Assembly (NCBI GenBank): GCA_019634005.1
Contig: JAHQWD010000003.1
Location: 176,539-240,538 of the forward strand
Length of the DNA: 64,000 bases
Source of the DNA: Candidatus Kaiserbacteria bacterium
GTDB taxonomy: Bacteria > Patescibacteriota > Minisyncoccia > Phycocordibacterales > UBA918
Direction of reading: 5' to 3'
In this document: piece after piece, positions 48,448 to 57,996 of the stretch
How positions within the stretch are numbered: position 1 is the first letter of the stretch
How the letters are laid out: every line of letters starts with the position of its first letter
The notes under the pieces: generated by a model
Told to the model about the DNA's origin: nothing
The model's input: the letters and a program-made list of their open reading frames with translations, nothing else
Database searches by the model: none
Position numbers and translations under genes: made by a program

Positions 48448-49512
48448 ATGGAAGCATCGATTATTAAAGTATTCATCCCAACTATCCTTGCCTTCGTTAT
48501 TGGTATTGTGATTACTCCAATCATCACACACTTCCTTTACAAACATAAAGTATGGAAGAAACAAGGAGGGAAGACGACCCTTGACGGGAAAGAGGCAACA
48601 GAGTTCGGAAAGCTGCATCCAGAAGACCTTGAGACAAAGACACCTCGCATGGGTGGTCTTGTCATTGTCGGGAGCGTTGGTATAACACTCTGTCTCTTAT
48701 TCATCGCACAGTTTGTTTTCCCAAACACCATTTTCACTGAACTCGATTTCTTTAGTCGCTCGCAGACATGGATTCCACTTGCCACGTTTTTCCTCGGAGC
48801 ACTCGTTGGATTCCTGAACGATCTCTATGACATCTCACAAGGAGGAGAGAAGGGAATCTCTCTCAAGATGCGTATCCTGTTTGTCTCCGTCCTCTCGGGA
48901 CTTATCGGTTGGTGGTTCTATGACAAACTTGATGTTGTCTCTATCAGCATTCCGTTTGATGGCACACTGTATCTTGGAATATTGATCATTCCATTCTTTA
49001 TGATCATGACCAACGCACTTTATGCAAGTGGTGTCATCGATGGTATTGATGGGCTCTCAGGAGGCGTCTTTGTTTCGATATTCTCTGCATATGCAGGTGT
49101 TGCATTCCTCCAGCAACAATTTGATATCGCTGCGCTTTCTGCAACCATAGGTGGTGCTGTACTCGCATTCTTGTGGTTCAACATCCCACCTGCACGTTTC
49201 TGGATGACGGAAGTGGGTACGATGGCACTGACGCTGACGCTTTCGGTCATTGTCTTTATGACTGATACACTCGGTGATGGAAATGGTATCGTCCTCCTCT
49301 TTATCATCGGACTGCCACTCGTAGTGACCGTACTTTCTAATGTCGTACAGGTGCTTTCTAAGAAAGTGCGTGGAAAAAAACTACTCCGTATCGCACCACT
49401 ACATCATCATTTTGAAGCCATTGGATGGCCGTCGTATAAGGTGACCATGCGGTACTGGGTTATTAGTGTCATGTGTGCCATCTTCGGCCTCATCCTAGCA
49501 GCGATTGCATAG
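48448..49512 (+). CDS. mraY: Phospho-N-acetylmuramoyl-pentapeptide transferase, divergent active site
   Basis: TPRMGG, DGIDGL, LWFNIPPA, APLHHHFEAIGW; upstream of ftsW-murG. Confidence 0.88.
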   Translation: MEASIIKVFIPTILAFVIGIVITPIITHFLYKHKVWKKQGGKTTLDGKEATEFGKLHPEDLETKTPRMGGLVIVGSVGITLCLLFIAQFVFPNTIFTELDFFSRSQTWIPLATFFLGALVGFLNDLYDISQGGEKGISLKMRILFVSVLSGLIGWWFYDKLDVVSISIPFDGTLYLGILIIPFFMIMTNALYASGVIDGIDGLSGGVFVSIFSAYAGVAFLQQQFDIAALSATIGGAVLAFLWFNIPPARFWMTEVGTMALTLTLSVIVFMTDTLGDGNGIVLLFIIGLPLVVTVLSNVVQVLSKKVRGKKLLRIAPLHHHFEAIGWPSYKVTMRYWVISVMCAIFGLILAAIA

Positions 49513-49514
49513 TT

Positions 49515-50621
49515 ATGGCGCGGAAACTTACCAGTGATCGGATACTCTTCGGTATCGTCCTCGTCCTCGTTCTTGTTGGTTTCCTTATCTTTTCTTCTGC
49601 ATCCCTCGGGCTCCTGGCACGAGAAGGTGCTCGCTTTTCTTCAGTCGCGTTTAATCAGTTTGCGTTTGGTATTGTCGGCGGCTTTGCCGCGATGTATGTG
49701 ACAAGTTCTGTCCATTACCGTACATGGCGGAAATACGCCTTTTATATCTTTCTTGCGACACTGGGATTAACTGCACTCGTGTTTGTTCCAGGCCTCGGAT
49801 TTGAGCATGGTGGTGCAGTTCGCTGGCTTTCGATTGGAGGATTCTCTTTTCAACCTGCAGAGCTTCTGAAGATTGGATTTATTGTATACATGGCCACATG
49901 GCTCTCTGGTATGTATCGCCATACCCATACGGTACTGAAGGGAACATTGCCTTTTTTAGGTATCCTTGCACTCGTGGGCATCGTGATGCTCTTGCAGCCT
50001 GATACCGATACCTTCGCTATCATGGCGGCATCTGCAGTCGCCATGTTTATCGCTGCAGGAGGGAAGCTACGTGATGTTGGTATCATGTTTGTCTCCGCGG
50101 TAGTACTTCTTGCTATCTTGGCCTTTAGCCGTCCGTACATTATGGATCGCCTCACAACCTTTATCGACCCTTCAGCAGATCCTCTTGGTTCTAGCTACCA
50201 GGTACAACAGTCCCTCATTGCTATTGGGTCTGGCGGTTTCTCTGGAAGAGGATTTGGACAAAGTATACAAAAATTTGAATACCTCCCAGAGCCGATAGGG
50301 GACTCTATTTTTGCGGTGGCCAGTGAGGAGTTTGGATTCATTGGAAGCACGCTCTTAGTCCTTCTCTTTGTCGCATTTGCGTTCCGCGGTTTTCGGGTAG
50401 CAACACATGCGCCAGATCTCTTTGGCATGTTGCTTGCCGTAGGGTTTGTCACCTTGATTACACTGCAAGCCTTTTTAAATATTGCCGCGATGCTTTCTTT
50501 GGCACCACTCTCTGGACTCCCGCTTCCATTTATTTCCCATGGAGGTACAGCGCTTCTTGCAACACTTGCCGCAATCGGTGTGGTGTTGAATGTGAGTAAG
50601 TATCAGAAGAAGCGGGTGTGA
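49515..50621 (+). CDS. ftsW: SEDS peptidoglycan polymerase FtsW
   Basis: GAVRW..FQPAELLK, LQPD, YQVQQSLIAIGSGG..G.G.GQS.QK..YLPE, PFISHGGT. Confidence 0.93.
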   Translation: MARKLTSDRILFGIVLVLVLVGFLIFSSASLGLLAREGARFSSVAFNQFAFGIVGGFAAMYVTSSVHYRTWRKYAFYIFLATLGLTALVFVPGLGFEHGGAVRWLSIGGFSFQPAELLKIGFIVYMATWLSGMYRHTHTVLKGTLPFLGILALVGIVMLLQPDTDTFAIMAASAVAMFIAAGGKLRDVGIMFVSAVVLLAILAFSRPYIMDRLTTFIDPSADPLGSSYQVQQSLIAIGSGGFSGRGFGQSIQKFEYLPEPIGDSIFAVASEEFGFIGSTLLVLLFVAFAFRGFRVATHAPDLFGMLLAVGFVTLITLQAFLNIAAMLSLAPLSGLPLPFISHGGTALLATLAAIGVVLNVSKYQKKRV

Positions 50622-50633
50622 TAAAATACACAC

Positions 50634-51749
50634 ATGAGAATCGTACTCACAGGAGGGGGATCAGGGGGGCATTTTTACCCCCTTATTGCTATTGCTGAAT
50701 CTATTCGAGAAAACACCCTCTCTGCACAGGCAGAGCTCTATTACATGGGGCCAAACCCTTATAACAAAGAGTCTCTCGATGCCCTCAACATAAAGTTTGT
50801 CAGCTGTCCGTCAGGGAAGATGCGGAGGTACTTCTCCTTCATGAACTTCGTTGATATCTTCAAAGTACTCTTTGGATTTTTTATCGCACTCTTCAAACTC
50901 TTTTGGATCTACCCAGACGCCATTATGAGCAAAGGCGGATACACGACTGTGCCCGTAGTCCTTGCCGCATGGTTTCTTCGCATCCCTGTCGTTGTTCATG
51001 AGTCTGACGTACACCCTGGTATTTCTAACAAGATCGGGGGAAGGATTGCACAGTATGTAGCCATCTCTTGGGCAGACACTGCTGAAGATTTCAAAAAAGA
51101 GAAGGTCGCACAAACAGGGATTCCATTCCGAAAAACACTACAGACTGATGTGGTGGATCCAAAAACACAACTTGGTATTGATCCGAACCGTCCTATGATT
51201 CTTGTGCTCGGAGGCTCCTCAGGAGCAGAGCGCGTGAACACACTTGTCTTGGAGTCTCTTGATGAGCTCCTTCCAAACTACACCGTTATTCACCAGACAG
51301 GAAAGGGCCTCTATGAAGGAGTAGTACAGACCGCAGAAGCACTCTTAAAGGATTCTCCTTATAAGGAATATTACATTCCAGCAGCATTCCTTGATGCTAA
51401 GAAAATGAATCTCGCATATTCTGCCGCCTCTCTTATCGTCTCCCGTGCTGGAAGCGGTACCATCTTTGAGATTGCAGCACATGGAAAGCCATCGATTATC
51501 ATCCCCATACCAGAGAAGATCGCACATGATCAGCGCACCAATGCATACACATACGCACGACAGACTGATGCAGTTGTCATGGAAGAACAAAATCTTGCGG
51601 ACGGCTTGCTTGCGGCAGAGATAGCCCGTATCATGGGTGAAGCAGCATTGTACGAGAGCATGTCTTTAAAGGCGAAAACATTTGCACCGACAGACGCGGC
51701 AGAGAAGATATCAGATATATTACGAAAGATTGCAACAGACCATGAATAG
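50634..51749 (+). CDS. murG: Undecaprenyl-PP-MurNAc-pentapeptide GlcNAc transferase
   Basis: TGGGSGGHFYP, KGGY, HESD, GGSSGA, SRAGSGT, DQRTNA. Confidence 0.95.
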   Translation: MRIVLTGGGSGGHFYPLIAIAESIRENTLSAQAELYYMGPNPYNKESLDALNIKFVSCPSGKMRRYFSFMNFVDIFKVLFGFFIALFKLFWIYPDAIMSKGGYTTVPVVLAAWFLRIPVVVHESDVHPGISNKIGGRIAQYVAISWADTAEDFKKEKVAQTGIPFRKTLQTDVVDPKTQLGIDPNRPMILVLGGSSGAERVNTLVLESLDELLPNYTVIHQTGKGLYEGVVQTAEALLKDSPYKEYYIPAAFLDAKKMNLAYSAASLIVSRAGSGTIFEIAAHGKPSIIIPIPEKIAHDQRTNAYTYARQTDAVVMEEQNLADGLLAAEIARIMGEAALYESMSLKAKTFAPTDAAEKISDILRKIATDHE

Positions 51750-51750
51750 T

Positions 51751-53217
51751 ATGTTTTCAAAAGAAAGAAAGGTGGTGACCAGATTTGCACCGTCACCAAC
51801 TGGATTTATGCATGTCGGCGGTGTACGCACCGCACTATACTCATATCTTTTTGCTCGCAAACACGGCGGGGAATTCATTCTTCGTATAGAGGATACCGAT
51901 AAGGCACGGCAAGTTGAAGGCTCTATTGAACATATTCAAGAGACTCTGAAGTGGCTTGGACTAGATTGGGATTATGGACCAGACAAACCAGGAGATTTTG
52001 GTTCGTGTATCCAATCTGAACGACTCGAGACATACCTCACATTCGCACGAAAACTAGTTGCAAAAGGACTTGCATATCCAGACCCTTACACGCCCGAAGA
52101 ATTACAAGCGTTTCGTGAAGAAGCGAAGCGAGAAAACCGTCCGTTTCTTTTTAGAGACCACCGACCAGAGGAGATGGGGGAGTGGGATGAGAAATCTACT
52201 CTCCGTTTCAAGGTGCCAGACATCAGACGATACGAATGGCATGACGAAGTACGTGGAGACCTAGACGCAGGAGAGGAAGCGCTTGATGACTTCGTCCTTA
52301 TGAAGGCTGATGGCTACCCCACGTACAATTTTGCGCACATTGTAGATGATTTCCACATGGGTGTGACCCATATCATGCGTGCAGATGAGTTCATCTCTTC
52401 AACACCACGTTTTCTCTCACTCTACGAGGCATTAGATATAGAGCCGCCAAAGTTTGTAACACTTCCACCAATCCTCGGAACGGATCGGAAGAAAAAACTT
52501 GGAAAACGCGATGGCGCTAAGGATGTTATGGAGTATCAGGAAGAAGGATATCTCCCTGAAGCGTTTCTTAACTTCCTTGCTCTTATTGGATGGAACCCAG
52601 GTACTGATCAAGAGATATTTACCAAAGAGGAACTTATCGAAGCCTTTGATCTCGATGGAATCCAGACAGGAGGTGGTGCATTCAACGAAGAGAAGCTGCA
52701 GTGGACAAACAGGGAGCACCTCCTCAGACTCTCTGATAAAGATTTTAGAGATTTTGTAGACAAATGGCTTCCTGAAGATGTACGCGCTCTCCCTCAATTC
52801 TCTGAGGAAAGGCTCATGCGACTCCTTCCTGTCATTCGAGAACGTGTTCACACTGGAAGAGATATAGAGACTGCAGCACAAGAAGGGGAGTATGACTTCG
52901 CATTTACACAGCCTACTGTAGAAAGAGAGATGCTGAAATGGAAGAATGACGATGATGTAAAAGATGCTCTTCCTAGACTGCAGAAGGTAGCGGAGATGCT
53001 TGCTTCATTACCTGAAGAAAGCTTTGGAGAGGCCGCTAAAGAAGTTATCTGGCCGTATGCAGAAAAAGTAGGGAAGGGAGAGGTGCTTTGGCCTCTTCGC
53101 GTCGCCCTCTCTGGACGTGAACGATCTCCCGACCCTTTTGCTATCATTGATATCATCGGGACTGCAGAAGCGTATGCACGTGTACAGCGTGCGGTGAATG
53201 TGCTTCTCAATGCTTAA
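51751..53217 (+). CDS. gltX: Glutamate--tRNA ligase
   Basis: TRFAPSPTGFMHVGGVRTALY, LRIEDTD, KLGKRDG; start 51742 or 51751. Confidence 0.97.
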   Translation: MFSKERKVVTRFAPSPTGFMHVGGVRTALYSYLFARKHGGEFILRIEDTDKARQVEGSIEHIQETLKWLGLDWDYGPDKPGDFGSCIQSERLETYLTFARKLVAKGLAYPDPYTPEELQAFREEAKRENRPFLFRDHRPEEMGEWDEKSTLRFKVPDIRRYEWHDEVRGDLDAGEEALDDFVLMKADGYPTYNFAHIVDDFHMGVTHIMRADEFISSTPRFLSLYEALDIEPPKFVTLPPILGTDRKKKLGKRDGAKDVMEYQEEGYLPEAFLNFLALIGWNPGTDQEIFTKEELIEAFDLDGIQTGGGAFNEEKLQWTNREHLLRLSDKDFRDFVDKWLPEDVRALPQFSEERLMRLLPVIRERVHTGRDIETAAQEGEYDFAFTQPTVEREMLKWKNDDDVKDALPRLQKVAEMLASLPEESFGEAAKEVIWPYAEKVGKGEVLWPLRVALSGRERSPDPFAIIDIIGTAEAYARVQRAVNVLLNA

Positions 53218-53219
53218 AT

Positions 53220-53813
53220 ATGGATTCTCTACTACAATTCGTAGAATTATTACAGAAATATAGAAGTGTAGAACGTGCCATCCTTGTAAAAGGTACCGAC
53301 AGAGTAGAAAATGATACGGAACACTCCTACTCTCTTGCTATGTTGGCATGGTATATTTCCTCAACATATAAGCTTGATCTCGATCTTGAAAAGCTCTTTT
53401 TATACGCACTTGCCCATGATCTTGTTGAAGTTTACGCTGGAGATATTCAATTTCAACACATTACAGATGAGGTAGCTAGGCAGAAGCATGACGCTGAACA
53501 AAAAGCGGCAGAGCGTTTGAAAAAAGAATTCCCTGAGTTCCCTGAACTTCATACTGTTATAGAACAGTATGAGAAGAGGGAAGACCAGGAGAGTAAGTTC
53601 ATCTATGCTCTTGATAAGGTGGAACCTGCACTCAACATCTATATCGACAGGGGACGTTCCTGGAGAAAAGAAGGAATCACGCTTGATGTCTTCAAGAGAC
53701 TTAAGCTCCCGAAGGTTGCAGAAGATCCAACTATCGAGAGTCTTCTAAAAGAACTAATCGTCCGCTTAGAAAATGAACATGACAACCTCTTTCTATCCTC
53801 GAAGGAAAGTTAG
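53220..53813 (+). CDS. HD-domain phosphohydrolase (HD_3/YfbR-like)
   Basis: ENDTEHSY..AHDLVEVYAGD..YALDKVEP. Confidence 0.88.
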   Translation: MDSLLQFVELLQKYRSVERAILVKGTDRVENDTEHSYSLAMLAWYISSTYKLDLDLEKLFLYALAHDLVEVYAGDIQFQHITDEVARQKHDAEQKAAERLKKEFPEFPELHTVIEQYEKREDQESKFIYALDKVEPALNIYIDRGRSWRKEGITLDVFKRLKLPKVAEDPTIESLLKELIVRLENEHDNLFLSSKES

Positions 53814-53835
53814 TCCGTGATACAATTTGAGAACA

Positions 53836-55164
53836 ATGCTGAAAATGAAACCACAATACACGGCTTTTTGTGCAGGATTATTCCTAGCACTTGCCGTGTT
53901 TTTGGTACCAAAAACTATTACTCCCGTATACGCACAGTCCATAGGACAGCTCCGTGATCAAATTGAAGAGAAGAATGATCAACTTGCACAGATTGAAGCA
54001 GAGATTGCAAAGTACCAGGAAGCACTTCAGCAAACTGGAGCAGAAAAGGACACACTTCAGCGCACCATTGATCGTCTCAATCTTGAGAAGCGAAAGGTGG
54101 AGGCCGATATCTCCTACACACAGAATAAAATCAGTGCAACAGATCTCACCATTAATAAACTTGCGATTGAAATTGTTGATACCGAAGACTCCATTGATCG
54201 TAACAAAGGGGCTATATCAGAGATCCTGAAACGTATCGATGAGACTGATAGAGACTCCCTTATCATCGCTATGCTTCGTTATGAGCGTCTCACAGAGTTT
54301 TGGGACACTATAGAACAAAGAGAGCAGGTGAGAGACTCTATGGGGGATCAGGTGCATGAACTACTCTCATACAAAGATGTACTTGAAGAAAAACACTCAG
54401 AGAGTACCGAGCAAAAAGCAGAACTTGTCGCACTGAAGAATCAATACAGAGACCAGCAGCAGGTACTCGAGGTGACTAAATCAGAGAAAGACAGCCTCCT
54501 ACAACAAACAGAACGAAAGGAGGAGATCTATCAAAACCTCCTGGCAGAAAAGGAGGCTGCAAAAGCACAGTTCCTTGAAGAGCTTGCAGATTTGGAGTCT
54601 CAGCTGAAATTCATCCTTGATCCAGATTCTATTCCAAGCGCAGGATCTGCTGTACTTCGTTGGCCACTAGACTCTATCTACATCACCCAGTACTTTGGAA
54701 ACACTGCGTTTGCACAGTCTGGAGCATACAATGGAAGCGGACATAATGGGGTAGACTTCGGAACTCCAACGGGTACCAAAGTGCGTGCAGCACTCTCTGG
54801 AACCGTCACTGCATGGGGAAATACAGACTTTGGGGGATGTTCTTCATATGGAAAATGGATACTGCTGAAGCATGCGAATGGACTGTCGACACTCTACGCA
54901 CACCTCTCACTCATCAGTGTAAATAAAGGGGACTCTGTCTCTACAGGAGACATCATTGGATACAGTGGAAACACTGGATACTCTACGGGCCCTCACCTTC
55001 ATTTCACCGTATTCGCTACTAGTGGAGTCCAAGTATTGAAACTTGCAGATTATTACGCACAAAATGGAAGAGGAGCAACAGCGTGTTCTGCGGCAGGTGT
55101 CTCTATCCCTGTCGCGGCGTATAACGCATACCTTAATCCAATAGATTATCTCCCATCACTCTAA
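53836..55164 (+). CDS. Coiled-coil plus M23 peptidase (murein hydrolase, EnvC-like architecture)
   Basis: Signal/TM, long coiled coil, HNGVD, YAHL, GNTGYSTGPHLHF. Confidence 0.92.
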   Translation: MLKMKPQYTAFCAGLFLALAVFLVPKTITPVYAQSIGQLRDQIEEKNDQLAQIEAEIAKYQEALQQTGAEKDTLQRTIDRLNLEKRKVEADISYTQNKISATDLTINKLAIEIVDTEDSIDRNKGAISEILKRIDETDRDSLIIAMLRYERLTEFWDTIEQREQVRDSMGDQVHELLSYKDVLEEKHSESTEQKAELVALKNQYRDQQQVLEVTKSEKDSLLQQTERKEEIYQNLLAEKEAAKAQFLEELADLESQLKFILDPDSIPSAGSAVLRWPLDSIYITQYFGNTAFAQSGAYNGSGHNGVDFGTPTGTKVRAALSGTVTAWGNTDFGGCSSYGKWILLKHANGLSTLYAHLSLISVNKGDSVSTGDIIGYSGNTGYSTGPHLHFTVFATSGVQVLKLADYYAQNGRGATACSAAGVSIPVAAYNAYLNPIDYLPSL

Positions 55165-55439
55165 TGAAAGGCTTCTACTATCACTACAAACACACAGACG
55201 AAGACATGGCGAACTATGCCTATGAAGTACTTGGTATCTCTTTGGATACCGAAGAGGGAACAGAGTCCGTCATCTATAGACCGCTCTATGAAGACTCATA
55301 TTTAGATTCCAGAGATTTCTATGCACGGCCCAAAGAGATGTTCTTTGAGAAAGTGGAGGACACACAGCGGTTCACGCAGATAACAGATCCTGCAGTACTT
55401 GAGGAACTCATTAAGATTCGCGATGCAAAGTACTCTTAA
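55164..55439 (+). CDS. DUF1653-like protein
   Basis: GFYYHYKH..YEVLG..TEE..VIYRPLY..ARPKEMF..RF. Confidence 0.8.
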   Translation: MKGFYYHYKHTDEDMANYAYEVLGISLDTEEGTESVIYRPLYEDSYLDSRDFYARPKEMFFEKVEDTQRFTQITDPAVLEELIKIRDAKYS

Positions 55440-56407
55440 TCCTTTTTAATATCATTACCTCCATGGAATTTTTCATGGATATCTCGCAGACGTTTATTTG
55501 TAACATGCGTATAGATCTGTGTGGTAGCCACATTCTTGTGACCCAAGAGTTCCTGCACTGAACGAAGATCTGCACCGTGATCAAGGAGATCAGTCGCATA
55601 TGTGTGGCGCAATGTATGGGGCGTCACTTTTTTAGAGACACCTGCAAGGCGTGCGACTTTGGAGATCATCAGCTGAATCGATCGGGGAGTGAGGCGCCGA
55701 TCATCTCCCTTAGAGCGATAATTGATAAAGAGCGGTTTAAATACATCATGTCGTGTCTTTATATACTTGCGCAACCATGAGGCGGCACGGGGGGAGATAA
55801 AGATGGTACGGATATGCTTACCTTTACCAACAATAGAGAGCTCATAGGTACGTTTCGTGTCATTATCCTTCAACATCGTGAACTGATCGATATCAAGGGC
55901 GGTAAGTTCGGAAATACGCATTCCTGAGGAAAAGAATAGTTCCATGATAGTACGGTCACGTAATCCATTCTTTTTCTCAACATCGACTACCTTGAGCATT
56001 GCTTCAATATCACGAACATCAAGAAATGAGATCGTCTCTTCATTTTTTTGCTTAGCCAACTTTACCTTGGAGGAGGGGAGCGTCTCCATGTCTCGTTCCG
56101 CTAAATACGAGAGAAGTGCTCGAAGTGCAATAAGGTAGTAGTTCTGAGACTTCTTAGAAAGGTATTCGCCACGATTCGTCTTATACGTACGTGCAATGTA
56201 CAGACGATAGTTCCATATATGTTCCGTAGTAAGCTCATGAGGCTTGAGGTTTGGCTGATTTGTTTCTTTAAGCCAACGAACGAAGAGATTGAGATACTGC
56301 TGATAGTTACGTTGTGTGTTATTTGAAAGACCTTTCTCAATCTCACAATAATCGAGGAAGGGGATGATGTGATCCTTAAGCGGAGTAGTGCTTTTGTGGG
56401 TAGACAT
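55436..56407 (-). CDS. XerC/XerD-family tyrosine recombinase
   Basis: EKGLSNNTQRNY, RDRTIMELFFSSGMRISEL, GKG, TPHTLRHTYAT, DLRSVQELLGH..TTQIYTH. Confidence 0.95.
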   Translation of the reverse strand: MSTHKSTTPLKDHIIPFLDYCEIEKGLSNNTQRNYQQYLNLFVRWLKETNQPNLKPHELTTEHIWNYRLYIARTYKTNRGEYLSKKSQNYYLIALRALLSYLAERDMETLPSSKVKLAKQKNEETISFLDVRDIEAMLKVVDVEKKNGLRDRTIMELFFSSGMRISELTALDIDQFTMLKDNDTKRTYELSIVGKGKHIRTIFISPRAASWLRKYIKTRHDVFKPLFINYRSKGDDRRLTPRSIQLMISKVARLAGVSKKVTPHTLRHTYATDLLDHGADLRSVQELLGHKNVATTQIYTHVTNKRLRDIHEKFHGGNDIKKD

Positions 56408-56420
56408 ATTTATAGTGTAT

Positions 56421-56448
56421 CATTCGCACAATATATGTAAAACGAACA
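56421..56448. other. Candidate dif-like Xer recombination site
   Basis: 11-6-11 layout CATTCGCACAA-TATATG-TAAAACGAACA with inverted TTCG cores, just upstream of the xer start. Confidence 0.45.
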
Positions 56449-56505
56449 AATGTGTATAATTTATATGAGGGCTTTAGGATCTCATCTGATACATGCTACA
56501 GTAGA

Positions 56506-56724
56506 TCTACACATACTCATCGTTGCGTAGGTGGATAGTTCGCTATCGAGTGTGTGTGGAGGAGATTGGTCTACCTCATTTCCGTAGAGTCTCAAGAATG
56601 AACGGCAAGATCAGAATGGCGTCTTCTCGACGCTCCGTAGGTTGTTCTAGTGCTCTTGGAGAAGAATGACCCCGCATGGAGAGAAGGATTGGATTAGACA
56701 CCCACCTTCCCCATGCGGTTTTTT
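56506..56724 (+). ncRNA. Putative stand-alone structured ncRNA, family not recognised
   Basis: TGCTACAGT extended -10 at 56494-56502; 13-bp stem 56506-56518/56548-56560 with G-U pairs; GAUAG-UUCG-CUAUC; terminal stem CCGCATGG/CCATGCGG plus T tract. Confidence 0.6.
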
Positions 56725-57181
56725 ATATTTCTTCCAGCTCTTTCTCTAAAACAACATCCTCCTCACCAAAGTGGAAACGTCCTTTAAACTTCTTTCCCTC
56801 AAGGAACATGGGTACCCAATAGATATCATCTGGCCACATATCAGTGAAAGGTATCTCTTTTGTCTTAAACCACTGAGGCTTCATCTCTTCAGTCTCTACA
56901 GGCTCTCCAGAGAATGTTTCTGCCTTGAAGATATGTACCTCCAATATCTCTTCTGGACTATGTGCAAAAGAGAAATCCAGTACCCCGTGTTTCTGAATAT
57001 CTGAGACCCGCACACCACATTCTTCTTTCATTTCTCTCTGTACCGCCTCTTCTATACTTTCTCCCTCCTCCACCTTCCCACCAAAACCATTCCACCTCCC
57101 CGCTCCAAAACCTCGTTTTTTCATGCCGAGGAGGACATGATCATTTTTATGAACGATACAAAGAGTTAGCTGCTTTCTCAT
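56723..57181 (-). CDS. Nudix hydrolase, 8-oxo-dGTPase (MTH1-like)
   Basis: LLGMKKRGFGAGRWNGFGGKVEEGESIEEAVQREMKEECG, MWPDD. Confidence 0.92.
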   Translation of the reverse strand: MRKQLTLCIVHKNDHVLLGMKKRGFGAGRWNGFGGKVEEGESIEEAVQREMKEECGVRVSDIQKHGVLDFSFAHSPEEILEVHIFKAETFSGEPVETEEMKPQWFKTKEIPFTDMWPDDIYWVPMFLEGKKFKGRFHFGEEDVVLEKELEEI

Positions 57182-57996
57182 ATGGATGTAAACTTATCAA
57201 GAATATCGCCTGGCATAAAACGGGACATCATCACTGTATATTCTTTCCGCTCCTTTGTCAGATGCATCGTATACTCCCCTTCCCTCCCTAATTGTTTTTT
57301 GATCTCAGGATGATTCTCTAGATATGACTCTAGCTTACAAGGAACAACCTCGTCCTGTGAGATAACATGGAGAGAGTCTCCGTAGGTACGACGGATCATG
57401 TTCTTCAGGAGTGTGTAGTGCGTACAAGCAAGTACAACTGTATCCACTCCCCTATTTCTCTCTATGGTATCTGCAAGGATGGCATATGCTTGCATGGTAT
57501 TTCCTGTCTCAATAAGCGGCACTAGTGCAGGTGTTGGGACTGAAAGAAGCTCCATATGATTCACTCCTCTTTGTGCTAGTTCGAGATTGTACTTCTTGGA
57601 GTCAACGGTACGTTTTGTCCCCACCAGGAGTGCTCTCTGTGCATGTCCTTCGATAAGCTCTTCTACCGTTGGAATAATGACTCCGAGAATCCTTCTATCT
57701 GGATACTCCTCTACAAGGAACGTATCCTGGAGTCTCCGTAATGTCTCTGCGGATGCAGTGTTACACGCAATAATGACCACCGCACAATCGTGCTCAAAAA
57801 GATACCGCATGGCTTCCTCAGTATATTGGTATATTTCTTCCTCACTTTTATCTCCATACGGAAGATTTTTTGTGTCTCCGTAGTAGAGATAATTGTACTC
57901 TGGGAGGTGCGTGATAACACTGCTGAGGATAGTGAGCCCACCAATCCCAGAATCAAAGAATCCTATGTTACTTTTTCCGTACTGCTCGTGTTGCAT
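57178..57996 (-). CDS. murI: Glutamate racemase
   Basis: FDSGIGGLT, PYG, IACNTAS, LACTHY. Confidence 0.96.
   Translation of the reverse strand: MQHEQYGKSNIGFFDSGIGGLTILSSVITHLPEYNYLYYGDTKNLPYGDKSEEEIYQYTEEAMRYLFEHDCAVVIIACNTASAETLRRLQDTFLVEEYPDRRILGVIIPTVEELIEGHAQRALLVGTKRTVDSKKYNLELAQRGVNHMELLSVPTPALVPLIETGNTMQAYAILADTIERNRGVDTVVLACTHYTLLKNMIRRTYGDSLHVISQDEVVPCKLESYLENHPEIKKQLGREGEYTMHLTKERKEYTVMMSRFMPGDILDKFTSI

Noticed and set aside
55436-56407. Tyrosine recombinase as the integrase of a mobile element
   Set aside because: XerC/D-like size and motifs, no adjacent tRNA, att duplication or cargo; flanks are housekeeping genes
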